Source: Candidatus Babelota bacterium (GTDB taxonomy: Bacteria > Babelota > Babeliae > Babelales > Vermiphilaceae). Taken from it: a DNA stretch of 64,000 nucleotides. This document shows, one piece after another, positions 1-9,743 of this stretch (positions are counted from its first letter, which is position 1; each line of letters starts with the position of its first letter). Location: NCBI GenBank assembly GCA_023382795.1, contig JAHDWT010000004.1, positions 42,650-106,649 of the forward strand. The letters run 5' to 3'. The notes beneath the pieces were generated by a model. That model searched no databases. It was not told where the DNA came from and saw only the letters and a list, made by a program, of their open reading frames with translations. The position numbers were made by a program, and so were the translations under genes.

Positions 1-1
1 A

Positions 2-1477
2 CCTCTCGTCCACCAAATAAAGCTCAATCGTTGTAAAGAAAAAATAAACGCAGAAATTGAACAACAATTCTCCGATCTCATAAGACAATATCCTCATAAA
101 TCCGATAGTTTATCTGATATTACTGTCAAAACACTCGAGAATAAGAATCTCAAAAAAGCTCTCGAGCAACTTAACAATGAATCAACTGGCATGAAAAAAA
201 TTACGGAATTTAGAATGATTTTAGGCGGAAATTTTTCATCATTAAAAACTCTCGTCACGGGATTCTGCGCCACCATAACCAATCAAGCCTTAGGATTATA
301 CAAGGAAGGCAAGATTCAAGAAGCAATAAAACTATGCCAAGAAGTTCATGATAAGGGAATCAAGATAATTAACAATGCAATTAAACAAGCGACCAAGAAT
401 GGCTTCTATACTCCACAGCACCATGCAGGGCACTTAATACAGATAAGAACAATCGCATTACAACGGTATGCCGCAGACTGCTATCGCAAAAATGCTATCG
501 CCAGCGACATAGTTAAGGCAATAGACAATATTGTTGAATCTTTCGAGCAACAAGCAGGATTTTTTCCTGACCAAACCACGCTTGAAACGACCATCGATGA
601 AGAGTACACAAAAGCACTTGAAACAATCAAAGCTACCGTTGATCAAACTCGAAGCACCAATAGTGACATCCGCCAAAAAAACGATGTGATTAACGATGCG
701 ATTTATGAAGAAATAAAAACTTCGGTCGAAAACTTTGTCACATCAAGCCAAAAGGCGATCAATCCTACTCAGAGCGCGCAAGCTGACATAGCGAATACCT
801 CGTATAGTCAGCTCTCTGAACAAGAATTAAGCATTCAGTTCTTAGGTGAAGACTCGGGACCAAGAAGATTACATCAATTGAGAAGTGTTCTAACCAATGA
901 ACAACTAGACGCATTGCTCAAACAAGTAAATGATCAAGTCATCAGTGGAATACGCGCTAACAATCAGCATCCTACAAAATCCCAACTTCAAGAATTGATG
1001 GCATTATGGAATAATACGCTAACCCATATTTTAAACATTCTCCACAACCATGGTATTTATACTAACTATCATCCAGACCTCAAACCTGTAATTGCGCGAT
1101 ATACTTCCGCTCTTCGCCGACTTGAGAAACAACGGGCCAGACACTACAAAAAAGAAGCTCAGCGTTCTATTCATACAGAATCTATTGGCGAATTGTTTGA
1201 ACAATCTCAACTTGTCGTTGATAAAAATCATGAGCAATCAGCTTCACAATTGTTATTAACAATCAATGCGGGAATGAGCGCCATGATCCATCAAGCTACT
1301 ACTGGTATTATAGTTGGACATACTCCTGCCGAAGTAGTAAGCACACTTGAAGGTGAAGTACAAAAAATTGAACAGCAGTTCTCCGAAGGATGCATCCCCA
1401 AAACAAATCCATCTGTTCGTGCCCTGCTCGATTCAGTAGAACATGATACCGAAATTATTGATCGCTATACCTTATAG
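2..1477 (+). CDS. hypothetical helical protein, 5'-truncated by the window edge
   Basis: The track lists 191..1477. The same frame (codons from nt 2) has no stop between nt 2 and the ATG at 191, and no Shine-Dalgarno precedes 191. The gene therefore most likely starts upstream of the window. Q/E/K-rich sequence with no catalytic motif recognised. Confidence 0.55.
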   Translation, partial: PLVHQIKLNRCKEKINAEIEQQFSDLIRQYPHKSDSLSDITVKTLENKNLKKALEQLNNESTGMKKITEFRMILGGNFSSLKTLVTGFCATITNQALGLYKEGKIQEAIKLCQEVHDKGIKIINNAIKQATKNGFYTPQHHAGHLIQIRTIALQRYAADCYRKNAIASDIVKAIDNIVESFEQQAGFFPDQTTLETTIDEEYTKALETIKATVDQTRSTNSDIRQKNDVINDAIYEEIKTSVENFVTSSQKAINPTQSAQADIANTSYSQLSEQELSIQFLGEDSGPRRLHQLRSVLTNEQLDALLKQVNDQVISGIRANNQHPTKSQLQELMALWNNTLTHILNILHNHGIYTNYHPDLKPVIARYTSALRRLEKQRARHYKKEAQRSIHTESIGELFEQSQLVVDKNHEQSASQLLLTINAGMSAMIHQATTGIIVGHTPAEVVSTLEGEVQKIEQQFSEGCIPKTNPSVRALLDSVEHDTEIIDRYTL

Positions 1478-1601
1478 TGCCGTAACTTACTGGAGGAGAA
1501 ATAAGGCCTCCAACCAAGCTAGGGTCTATCAGTGCCAGAAAATGTCACACAATCATTTTCTGAATAATATTTGCTTCTAGGCACCTTACCAGGGTATCCA
1601 T

Positions 1602-1631
1602 TTGACCTTCGCATTGCTTGTAGAATATAAT
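1602..1631 (+). promoter_or_regulatory. candidate sigma-70 promoter (TTGACC-18 nt-TATAAT) for the 1687 gene
   Basis: TTGACC at 1602-1607 and TATAAT at 1626-1631, about 55 nt upstream of the start codon. A GGGGGA Shine-Dalgarno precedes the ATG at 1687. Confidence 0.4.
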
Positions 1632-1686
1632 GAATAAATGAAATTGAATCTCTATAGGGGACAGACGAAATTCAGTAGGGGGAAAT

Positions 1687-2463
1687 ATGAAATTTCGCGA
1701 AACTTTTTTTTCTATTCGTATCAGTGTAATTCTTATTTTAATGGCATTTTCTGGCCACACGTTTACCCAAGCCCCTCAACAATACTCCCCTGAAAATACT
1801 ATCATCGCATTTGATATCCATGGCGTTCTGGTAACTTATGATAAAGTTGGCTTTGTATGGCCTATTATAAAGAATTTTGGAGCCTTACGCTTTCTGCTCT
1901 ATAAAGGTGTTCGAGAACATCTTAAGAAAGAACTCAAAAAAAATACCCCTAGCCCGGAAAGTTATTTTTTAGAACTCGCCAAATCTATCCCAGAAATTAA
2001 GCCTTATATTCCAGGTTTTTTTGATATTGCCAATGCCCACAAACCTATTCCTGGTATGCGAGAGTTATTGGAGGATTTGAAAAATGCTGGCTATGAACTC
2101 CATATTTTTTCAAATATCGGTGAATTTGCCTATCATGGATTGAAAGAAGATGATATACAGGCTGAAGGACTTAAAAGTCGTTTGCCTGAATTATTTAAAT
2201 ATTTTCCAGACAACAAGGTCATGACCAATACCTTAAAGCCAAACATCGCTCAATACAACACATTTGAAGAAAATCACCCCGAGAAACACATAGTATTTAT
2301 TGATGATCGACAAAAAAATATTAATGCTACTGAAAAAACAGCCGGACAAAGATTCAAGGGTATTCGCTTTCGTAGTCCAGAACAGGTACGCGATGAATTA
2401 GAGCGATTGGGCATCCTGACCAAAAAATCTCAATCTTCACTACCTGCTCATTCCACTTATTAA
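1687..2463 (+). CDS. exported HAD-superfamily-like hydrolase (motif I reads DxH instead of DxD)
   Basis: N-terminal signal peptide (ISVILILMAFSGHTFTQA). HAD-like motifs appear in order: IIAFDIHGVL (motif I), LHIFSNIG (motif II Ser), TLKPNI (motif III Lys), IVFIDDRQKN (motif IV DD). Shine-Dalgarno present. Confidence 0.55.
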   Translation: MKFRETFFSIRISVILILMAFSGHTFTQAPQQYSPENTIIAFDIHGVLVTYDKVGFVWPIIKNFGALRFLLYKGVREHLKKELKKNTPSPESYFLELAKSIPEIKPYIPGFFDIANAHKPIPGMRELLEDLKNAGYELHIFSNIGEFAYHGLKEDDIQAEGLKSRLPELFKYFPDNKVMTNTLKPNIAQYNTFEENHPEKHIVFIDDRQKNINATEKTAGQRFKGIRFRSPEQVRDELERLGILTKKSQSSLPAHSTY

Positions 2464-2481
2464 TAAGAAAAAATAGCTACT

Positions 2482-3522
2482 ATGTTTTATATAAAAAAAA
2501 CATTTACTCTGCTATTGTTTTTAACATTTCTACTGCATACACGGCATACCAACACAGGATTTTCTGATTGGCTTCCTTGGAAATGGGGCACCCAACACAG
2601 CCCAAAGGCCGGCTCGCCTTCCGCCAAACACGGTGTCTTTACAACACCGTTTGGCTATGGACAAATTAAAAAGGGGCGGTACTATGCGCAAGCCATTATG
2701 GATGGCAATATGGACAAAATTCCCCATACAACGCGGCAGGAAACGCTCGCTACGCTGGTATCATTGGCTTGGTATTTCTGTTCTGGAACCAATAATTCGA
2801 TTGAAAAAGCTCAGAATTTTAAAGAAGGCGCGTTTCTCATTCCTCGCAACTTTTTTACGCTTGTCGAACACTACCTTAAACAGGTTGAAGCAGATGGTTA
2901 TTCTATTGAAGGTTGGTACCGCGGCCCAAATCCCTTTGCTTATTACCGAGCTTCAAGCCATCTGAAAAAAATTACCAAAAATAGGCACATCGGTATTGAT
3001 ATTTGCTTTGATAAAAAACATGGTACACAAGCACTATTACCCGGCAGAAAACGTCACTTGTTATTCATCGACTATGGTGATGCAGAGTTCATCTATATGA
3101 AACCAGAAAATTACGGCATCTACGGTATTGTTGACGCATTTTTACATGGTGCAGAATTTATCGTGGAAGCACTAGGTAGAATTGGCGCCATCAGAACACT
3201 TTTTTGCATGAAACATGATGATCATCCCATATACCATAAAGAGCAGATTCCCGCGGATGTAAAAAAAGCCTATCATGGCCTACTCAAAACTTGTGGAATC
3301 AACCGTAAATCAGAAGACTATAATAAACATAGAAACAGCATAGCTGCTATGTACAATCACGCACAAATACTAAAGACTAAAATTCCAAACAAATATACTG
3401 AGTTAAGCGAATTTACTACGCTTTTAGAAAGTCGATTTACGTATCCCACGAAGCGAATTGGTAATGAAATCATCATAGCCTCAACAAGAGATCTCGAGCC
3501 TTGTCGACACGCATGCCTATAA
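2482..3522 (+). CDS. hypothetical exported protein
   Basis: 346-aa ORF with a hydrophobic N-terminal signal-like segment (FTLLLFLTFLLH). No family recognised. Confidence 0.55.
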   Translation: MFYIKKTFTLLLFLTFLLHTRHTNTGFSDWLPWKWGTQHSPKAGSPSAKHGVFTTPFGYGQIKKGRYYAQAIMDGNMDKIPHTTRQETLATLVSLAWYFCSGTNNSIEKAQNFKEGAFLIPRNFFTLVEHYLKQVEADGYSIEGWYRGPNPFAYYRASSHLKKITKNRHIGIDICFDKKHGTQALLPGRKRHLLFIDYGDAEFIYMKPENYGIYGIVDAFLHGAEFIVEALGRIGAIRTLFCMKHDDHPIYHKEQIPADVKKAYHGLLKTCGINRKSEDYNKHRNSIAAMYNHAQILKTKIPNKYTELSEFTTLLESRFTYPTKRIGNEIIIASTRDLEPCRHACL

Positions 3523-3619
3523 ACATATCGCATGAGGTCTAACTGAATTTTTTTATACTTTTTATTGCCGATCTTGGCGTAATTGGCATACTTAGTGTTC
3601 ATACCTCTGTAAGGATTTT

Positions 3620-4000
3620 ATGATTAAAAGATTTTTTCTTATCACACTACTATTTTTCACACAAACTACTCAAATCAGGGGCGAAGGGTCGCCTAAAACG
3701 TTTTGGCTAGGTATCGCGCATCCTGTATTGATTGCAGTTCCAGTGGGTATCATCAGCGGATTACTTGCTAGGCTCATGGCTCGACGACTCGAAGATGAAC
3801 CTCGAAGTACCATAAAAAAAATCACTAAAATTGCTCTGTGCTACTTCATTATCCCACTAACACGGCAACAACTTATCGATTCAATAAGCGACCAAGCTGA
3901 AAAAAATAATACTCCATTCAACGATCGCCTTGCGTCAATACTTGCCAGAGCTGCTGACTGGATAACATATCTAAAACTAAAACCAGTACCACTTAATTAA
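3620..4000 (+). CDS. hypothetical small membrane protein
   Basis: AAGGA Shine-Dalgarno 7 nt upstream. Signal peptide plus an internal TM segment (HPVLIAVPVGIISGLLARL). Confidence 0.5.
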   Translation: MIKRFFLITLLFFTQTTQIRGEGSPKTFWLGIAHPVLIAVPVGIISGLLARLMARRLEDEPRSTIKKITKIALCYFIIPLTRQQLIDSISDQAEKNNTPFNDRLASILARAADWITYLKLKPVPLN

Positions 4001-4011
4001 AGGATTATTGC

Positions 4012-4353
4012 ATGAAAATATCTTCTATCATTACAGCGTTGATGGTCTGTGGAATTGGTAGTATCGCCACCACAACGCTCGGATGTTCACCAGAATTCTT
4101 CACTCCATACCAAGAAGAACAAAAACAACTGGCGACACCACGTATTCCCGAAACCGAATGTCCAAGCGATCCTCGATTCATTCCGATGCACCAACCAACA
4201 ACCCAAGATTTACCACAACCCAAGAATAACGCGGTAACTACAGATCAGCTCACGAAAGAATCTCGCGAAAATGCTTTAAAAAAAATCAACACATTAAAAG
4301 AATTATTGCGCATACTTCGGCAACGCAATGGATGTAATAAAAACGCTAATTAA
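4012..4353 (+). CDS. putative lipoprotein
   Basis: AAGGA Shine-Dalgarno. N-terminus MKISSIITALMVCGIGSIATTTLGC carries a lipobox-like L-G-C. lgt and lspA are both present in the window. Confidence 0.5.
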   Translation: MKISSIITALMVCGIGSIATTTLGCSPEFFTPYQEEQKQLATPRIPETECPSDPRFIPMHQPTTQDLPQPKNNAVTTDQLTKESRENALKKINTLKELLRILRQRNGCNKNAN

Positions 4354-4371
4354 TCAATTCAACTGCATCAA

Positions 4372-5049
4372 TTAATCGACTGGTGCACGCTGACAGCAAG
4401 CGTGTACCAGCTCAAATGCTTCTTGAATATCATCCGTAACATTGAACACTCTCAAAACGTCTGCGCGAATCATACCACGTTCAACTCCGCGTGTTTTTAG
4501 CCATGTAAGAAGCGGTGCCCAAAACTCAACGCCAATAAGCACGATGGGAAAATCAGGAAGCATGTGATGTTTTCTCAGATTAAGCACATCAAATAGTTCA
4601 TCAAAGGTACCGATGCCACCTGGAAAAATCACAATAGCAGATGAAAACTGCGTTAAATACCACTTACGCATAAAGAAATAACGAAAACGAATTGATGGGA
4701 TGTCTTGAACAAAACCTTCATCAACACCCCTGACACCTATACCAAGAGATCGGGTAATTTTTTTGCCTTGTTCCTGCTCAATGCTCGCGGCACCGCGATT
4801 CGCTGCAAGCATAATCCCTGGACCACCACCGGTTATCACTGAAATACCGTGTTCAGCACACGTGCGCCCAAATGCATAAGCCTGATGAATATAGTGTTCA
4901 TCCTCCGACAACGCTGCACTGCCAAATACTGTAACGATAGGGCGCGGTACGCGTAGCAGTGTGGGTAAATTCCACAAAAAACCCCAGCCTATTCTAATTA
5001 CTCTCAGTACATAGGCATTAAATTCGATGAGATACCGTATCAACATCAC
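4372..5049 (-). CDS. LOG-family / TIGR00730 Rossmann-fold nucleotide-binding protein (nucleoside 5'-monophosphate phosphoribohydrolase-like)
   Basis: Diagnostic motifs GGGPGIMLAANRGA and PGGIGTFDELFD. AAGGAG Shine-Dalgarno upstream of the GTG/ATG start pair. Confidence 0.8.
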   Translation of the reverse strand: MMLIRYLIEFNAYVLRVIRIGWGFLWNLPTLLRVPRPIVTVFGSAALSEDEHYIHQAYAFGRTCAEHGISVITGGGPGIMLAANRGAASIEQEQGKKITRSLGIGVRGVDEGFVQDIPSIRFRYFFMRKWYLTQFSSAIVIFPGGIGTFDELFDVLNLRKHHMLPDFPIVLIGVEFWAPLLTWLKTRGVERGMIRADVLRVFNVTDDIQEAFELVHACCQRAPVD

Positions 5050-5091
5050 AACAACTCCTTTTTATGTCATCTCATATCTTCTTGTTGTCAC

Positions 5092-7347
5092 TTACCTTAT
5101 TTTGATAGACCGTAATCGAATAGCATTCAAAACGACTGAGAGGCTTGAAAACGCCATCGCAGCACCAGCCAACATAGGATTAAGCGTAATACCAAACCAT
5201 GGATACAAAGCCCCCATGGCAACAGGAATAAGCACCACGTTATAAACAAAGGCCCACCCCAAATTTTGCCACACCACACGCATGGTCACACGCGACAACG
5301 TTATTAAAAAAGGAATAAGAGTTAACGATGGCCGCATCAGAGCAATGCTCGCTGCTTCTATGGCTATATCGGTTCCACCAACTATGGCGATGCCTATATC
5401 AGCTGCGGCCAAGGCTGGAGCATCATTTATGCCATCACCAACCATAGCAACCACACCAGATTGTTTTTGCTTGATAGACCGCACCATGCTCTCCTTATCT
5501 TGCGGCAATACACGAGCAAAAAAATGTTTAATTCCTAATGAATCCGCAACTACCTTTGCAGTTGTTTGGTTATCCCCGGTTAACATAATGACCGCAATAC
5601 GACGCTTATCAAGTTCCAATACCGCTTCGTGAGCATCGTCGCGAACCTTATCTGCCAAACCAGCGTAAGCTACCAGGGTATTGTGTACCGCAACAAATAC
5701 TGGTGTCATTGCTTGAGTCGCCCAATCTTCAACTTCAGCTACTACACCAGGAGCTAACGCAACACTTTCCTGCTCCATAAGTTGCTGTGAGCCGATCAAC
5801 ACCGTAAATCCTTGGTACAATGCCTTGGTCCCCATACCCGCGATAGCTTCAGCTTGTTGTAATTCAATTTTGATATCAGACGAAGAAAAATATTCAACAA
5901 GGGCACGTGATGCCGGATGGAGGGAATATTCTGATGCGTTGTGTATGATGGCGCGAACAAGCGCTGATGCTTCGGCATCTGCAGCCATAATGCCTATCTT
6001 CTTAAATACATGGTCAATACCTTCAATAATAACAACCTGTTGTACCTGCTGCTTCCCCTGGGTTAATGTACCCGTTTTATCCATTACTACCGTAGAAATC
6101 TTCCCTGCCAATTCAAGCGCTCTCGCATCCTTGACCAAAATACCCTGTGCAGCCGCTCTGCCAACACCAACAATAACGGCAATGGGTGTTGCAAGACCAA
6201 GTGCGCATGGACATGCAATAATCAAAACTGCCACCATTATCGTAAGCGCGTGAAGATACGCTGGTTCTGGTCCCCAGAAAAACCAAATAATGCCACTCAA
6301 CAGAGCTAATATCACTACTGCCGGAACAAAATATCCTGAGATAATATCTACGAGTTTCTGAATAGGTGGCTTGGACGCTTGTGCTCTCTTTACTAATTCA
6401 ATAATACGCGCCAGCATCGTCTCTGAACCAATTTTTTGCGCCTCCATCTCAAACGAAGTGACCGAATTGATCGTCGCCCCTATAACCAAATCTCCAACTT
6501 CCTTTGTCACCGGCACACTCTCACCGGTAACCATACTTTCATCGATAACTGCCGCGCCATTAATAATAATTCCATCTACAGGAATCTGCTGACCTGGATG
6601 CACTAAAAGGCGATCTCCAACATGTACCTGGTCAATAGAAACTTGTTTCCAAGCATTGTTGTGCCATACAACAGCTTGTTGAGGCTGCAAATTCATCAGC
6701 TGTTCAATAGCACCCGACGCTCTTTGTCGAGCAAGCATTTCCAAATAATTTCCTAGCAATACAAAAGTAATAATTGCGGATGACACCTCAAAATACAGAT
6801 GAGTTTCGATAGCGTAGGAGGACAAATATTCCCTAAAAAGCACTGCCCCTGCAGAGTACCCATATGCCATGGAAGTACCCAAAACAATAAGCGTATCCAT
6901 GGTTGCTCTGCCATATTTAAGCGCTTGCCACGCTCTACGGTAGAACTCAAATCCGGCCCACCATTGTACTGGAGTTGCTATAATAAGCTGAAGCCATCCA
7001 TGTGCAAAGGTGGGCAACCATCCCGTCATACTTCCCACTACTAAAATTATGGTACTCGCGATACTCACACCAAGTTTTATAATAGCCGACATATCATGCG
7101 CTGCTCCATGTTCGTGTTCATGATGCTCAGATGTATGTTCAATCACCTTATAGCCGATATCGTTAATTCTTTTTTTGATTTCTGGCAAAGTGAGCACTGC
7201 TTCGTCATACGAGACTAACACCGTGCCGCTCGCAATATTAACCTCTACTTCGCTCATTCCAGGCAAGCGCATCAAAGCTTCTTGAATAGAAATGACACAG
7301 CTCGCACAGTGCATGTCGGCAACGGCGATTTCCATAGATTTGGACAT
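5092..7347 (-). CDS. copA: copper-translocating P1B-type ATPase
   Basis: N-terminal HMA domain with MHCASC, a His-rich linker, the CPC transmembrane motif, the DKTGT phosphorylation site and the GDGINDAP hinge. Start moved from the TTG at 7371 to the ATG at 7347, which follows AAGGAG by 7 nt. Confidence 0.93.
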   Translation of the reverse strand: MSKSMEIAVADMHCASCVISIQEALMRLPGMSEVEVNIASGTVLVSYDEAVLTLPEIKKRINDIGYKVIEHTSEHHEHEHGAAHDMSAIIKLGVSIASTIILVVGSMTGWLPTFAHGWLQLIIATPVQWWAGFEFYRRAWQALKYGRATMDTLIVLGTSMAYGYSAGAVLFREYLSSYAIETHLYFEVSSAIITFVLLGNYLEMLARQRASGAIEQLMNLQPQQAVVWHNNAWKQVSIDQVHVGDRLLVHPGQQIPVDGIIINGAAVIDESMVTGESVPVTKEVGDLVIGATINSVTSFEMEAQKIGSETMLARIIELVKRAQASKPPIQKLVDIISGYFVPAVVILALLSGIIWFFWGPEPAYLHALTIMVAVLIIACPCALGLATPIAVIVGVGRAAAQGILVKDARALELAGKISTVVMDKTGTLTQGKQQVQQVVIIEGIDHVFKKIGIMAADAEASALVRAIIHNASEYSLHPASRALVEYFSSSDIKIELQQAEAIAGMGTKALYQGFTVLIGSQQLMEQESVALAPGVVAEVEDWATQAMTPVFVAVHNTLVAYAGLADKVRDDAHEAVLELDKRRIAVIMLTGDNQTTAKVVADSLGIKHFFARVLPQDKESMVRSIKQKQSGVVAMVGDGINDAPALAAADIGIAIVGGTDIAIEAASIALMRPSLTLIPFLITLSRVTMRVVWQNLGWAFVYNVVLIPVAMGALYPWFGITLNPMLAGAAMAFSSLSVVLNAIRLRSIKIR

Positions 7348-7488
7348 ACATAATCTCCTTATGAATTTCAACGTTATAACTTACTCTACCTCAACCATCG
7401 CCATAAAAACCATCATCAAAATCATTCATCATGATAATATTTTTCGACTTATAAAATTTCAATTTGAGAATTGCGTGAATAATTTGTT

Positions 7489-8841
7489 ATGCTGTATTCG
7501 AGAAAAAACAACATTATGCCATTATTGTTGTGGATAAAAAATATGAAAAAACTGATACACCATCATCATCGTCACGTGTATCTCTACACATTCATCATCA
7601 GTGTTGTTACGCAAATTTCTCAATTAACATCAACCCCTACACATCACGATCAATGGATAACCATATTTGTTCATGGCATCGTCAATGTACAACCTCATCT
7701 AAATTTAAAAACGATTTTACGTCTTATGAATGATCGCGTTGAAGGCAGCATTTATCAAAAAAGAATTGCTGCAATTCGGTCCGATCCATTTTTTCAACGC
7801 AATCAAGCAATTCAAGGCTTAGGGCTTGTACCGGTAGACAAAACCAATACTGCATCCATCAAAGGCGCTGCCGCATCTGCTCTTGCAACTATTTTCGATC
7901 AAATATACACCTGGAAATCTCACCAATCAGACTATGACAACTACTATTATACCTATGGATGGTCCGGATTACTGAGTCCTACTATCAGATTAAAAGAATC
8001 CCACGAGTTCTATCGACAACTCAAAGAAGAAATCGCCAAATATCATGCACAAGGCATTTACCCAAAAATACGTATGGTTGGCTACAGCCATGGCGGGAAT
8101 ATTGTTCTTGGTCTTGCTTCAGCTTATAAAAAAGATCCCAATCAAACATTCGGTATCGATGAAACAGTGTTGCTGGGAGTCCCCATCCAAGAAGAAACTA
8201 ATCATTTCATCGCAAGCCCACTTTTTAAACGCGTGTTCAATATCTATTCACGCGCAGATAGAATTCAGCCTCTTGATTATTTTTCTTACAAGCGATTTGG
8301 CTCTGATAGACAATTCAAGCCTCGCCATGGCTTGCGTTTACCTAAGAAATTGACCCAAATTGAAATACGACTATTCCGTAATACCAAGACATCAACACCA
8401 AAACCCCTCACCTGTCCTGATAAGCGATTCGATTTTGATAATCCACGAATTATTAGCGGCCGCACTCAGGGATTACGTAATACTTCACCAGGACACTGTG
8501 AATTGTGGTCATTTGGATGGACAAGACCCTTCTACCGTAAAGATTTTATTTTATCGCCACTGCCAGTCGTTGCGCTTATCCCGTACCTTGTTGAATCAAT
8601 TAAAGAATTAGCACCAGATGCCTCAGGTTCACGTCATCTTATCGCCGATATCCGACTTGACCAAGAAAAGCTTATTATTCGGGAAAAACATCACGATGAA
8701 CCCTATCTAAGACCATTTATGTCACGAAGCCAGGTGGAAGAGCTTAAAAATATAGCTCGAAGCTTTGCTCATACGCGACCAACTAAACAAGAGTATCAGA
8801 GACGACTCAAGCTTGCGCTGGCACGAGCTCGCACACCTTAG
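7489..8841 (+). CDS. alpha/beta-hydrolase-like putative serine esterase/lipase
   Basis: FVHGI followed by YGWSG and a GxSxG nucleophile elbow (VGYSHGGN). The start is uncertain: ATGs lie at 7489, 7516 and 7543. The 7543 start gives MKKLIHHHHRH followed by a hydrophobic segment. Confidence 0.55.
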   Translation: MLYSRKNNIMPLLLWIKNMKKLIHHHHRHVYLYTFIISVVTQISQLTSTPTHHDQWITIFVHGIVNVQPHLNLKTILRLMNDRVEGSIYQKRIAAIRSDPFFQRNQAIQGLGLVPVDKTNTASIKGAAASALATIFDQIYTWKSHQSDYDNYYYTYGWSGLLSPTIRLKESHEFYRQLKEEIAKYHAQGIYPKIRMVGYSHGGNIVLGLASAYKKDPNQTFGIDETVLLGVPIQEETNHFIASPLFKRVFNIYSRADRIQPLDYFSYKRFGSDRQFKPRHGLRLPKKLTQIEIRLFRNTKTSTPKPLTCPDKRFDFDNPRIISGRTQGLRNTSPGHCELWSFGWTRPFYRKDFILSPLPVVALIPYLVESIKELAPDASGSRHLIADIRLDQEKLIIREKHHDEPYLRPFMSRSQVEELKNIARSFAHTRPTKQEYQRRLKLALARARTP

Positions 8842-8946
8842 AAGTAAAAGAATCACAAAGTACCATATTACAGTCTTCGGCGCTTGATTTTTATTTCAAT
8901 TTGTATAATATTGTCTATAGAAATCAAGAAATAATGGAGGTTAATA

Positions 8947-9675
8947 ATGGTTCAAAAATTCCTTTTTAAAACAATGGTAATCTGTACCTTTCTTGCCAGT
9001 ATCGGAACACCTGCCGAAGCAAGACAGGCATTGGCACGGAGAACTTCTATGCAAACACGCCAGGGTTTAAACCTGAACCGAAAGACCGTTACTGTTCAGC
9101 CTAACATTGGCAAAGTTACTCCTATACACCAGGTCTCAACGCCCCAACCCGATCCTAAACTGCAAACAGAATTACCTGTACCTAATAAGCAACGAAAACA
9201 AGTCAGATTTAAGGATCAAGATACAAAAAATGAGACTGTTAACCCAAACCAATTAGCGTCCAAGAAGTCCCGCTACTCCGAAGGCATGCTCGCAGCTGCC
9301 TGGGATGGTATGAGCTCAAAAATCATGGGATTGCCATGGTTCATTGCCACCAGCCTAGCACACAAAGCCCTCAGTAGATTCACACGACCTGGCTATCAGG
9401 CAATTGAACAAGAGCCATCGCTTAAGAATTATGCTTTAGGTATCGTATTACATACGGTTGAAACTGCCTTGATTACCTCAACGCTGCAAACGTTGACTGC
9501 AAAATTATTCGCTGACGAGGAAAAGATGCCTTCGACTCCGCAACTGTTAGCAACTTTTTTTACCCGTAATCTCGGCTATCTACCTGAACGCGCAAGCAGC
9601 CGACTTGCCGCCATACGTAATGCCGTCATTAGAACTGCAAGCAAAACAATTGCCTCGAGCGTGATTCCAGGATAA
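8947..9675 (+). CDS. hypothetical exported protein
   Basis: Strong GGAGG Shine-Dalgarno. Signal peptide (MVICTFLASIGTPAEA). No family recognised. Confidence 0.55.
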   Translation: MVQKFLFKTMVICTFLASIGTPAEARQALARRTSMQTRQGLNLNRKTVTVQPNIGKVTPIHQVSTPQPDPKLQTELPVPNKQRKQVRFKDQDTKNETVNPNQLASKKSRYSEGMLAAAWDGMSSKIMGLPWFIATSLAHKALSRFTRPGYQAIEQEPSLKNYALGIVLHTVETALITSTLQTLTAKLFADEEKMPSTPQLLATFFTRNLGYLPERASSRLAAIRNAVIRTASKTIASSVIPG

Positions 9676-9692
9676 GAATTCAAAAAAAATCG

Positions 9693-9717
9693 ATACCCGG
9701 GAGTAATTCCCGGGTAT
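9693..9717. terminator. bidirectional intrinsic terminator hairpin between convergent genes
   Basis: Perfect 10-bp stem ATACCCGGGA/TCCCGGGTAT with a 5-nt loop. An A8 run lies on the left, giving a U-run for the minus-strand rsmA transcript. TAGCTTTT lies on the right. Confidence 0.6.
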
Positions 9718-9743
9718 TAGCTTTTATACAAAACGATTGCTTA

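Noticed and set aside
2482-3522. Kinase-like strings (FGYGQIKKG, HIGIDI, FIDYGD, KPENYG) in the exported orphan protein.
   Set aside because: The spacing between the putative catalytic-loop, DFG-like and APE-like strings does not fit the protein-kinase fold. That is too weak to call without a profile search.
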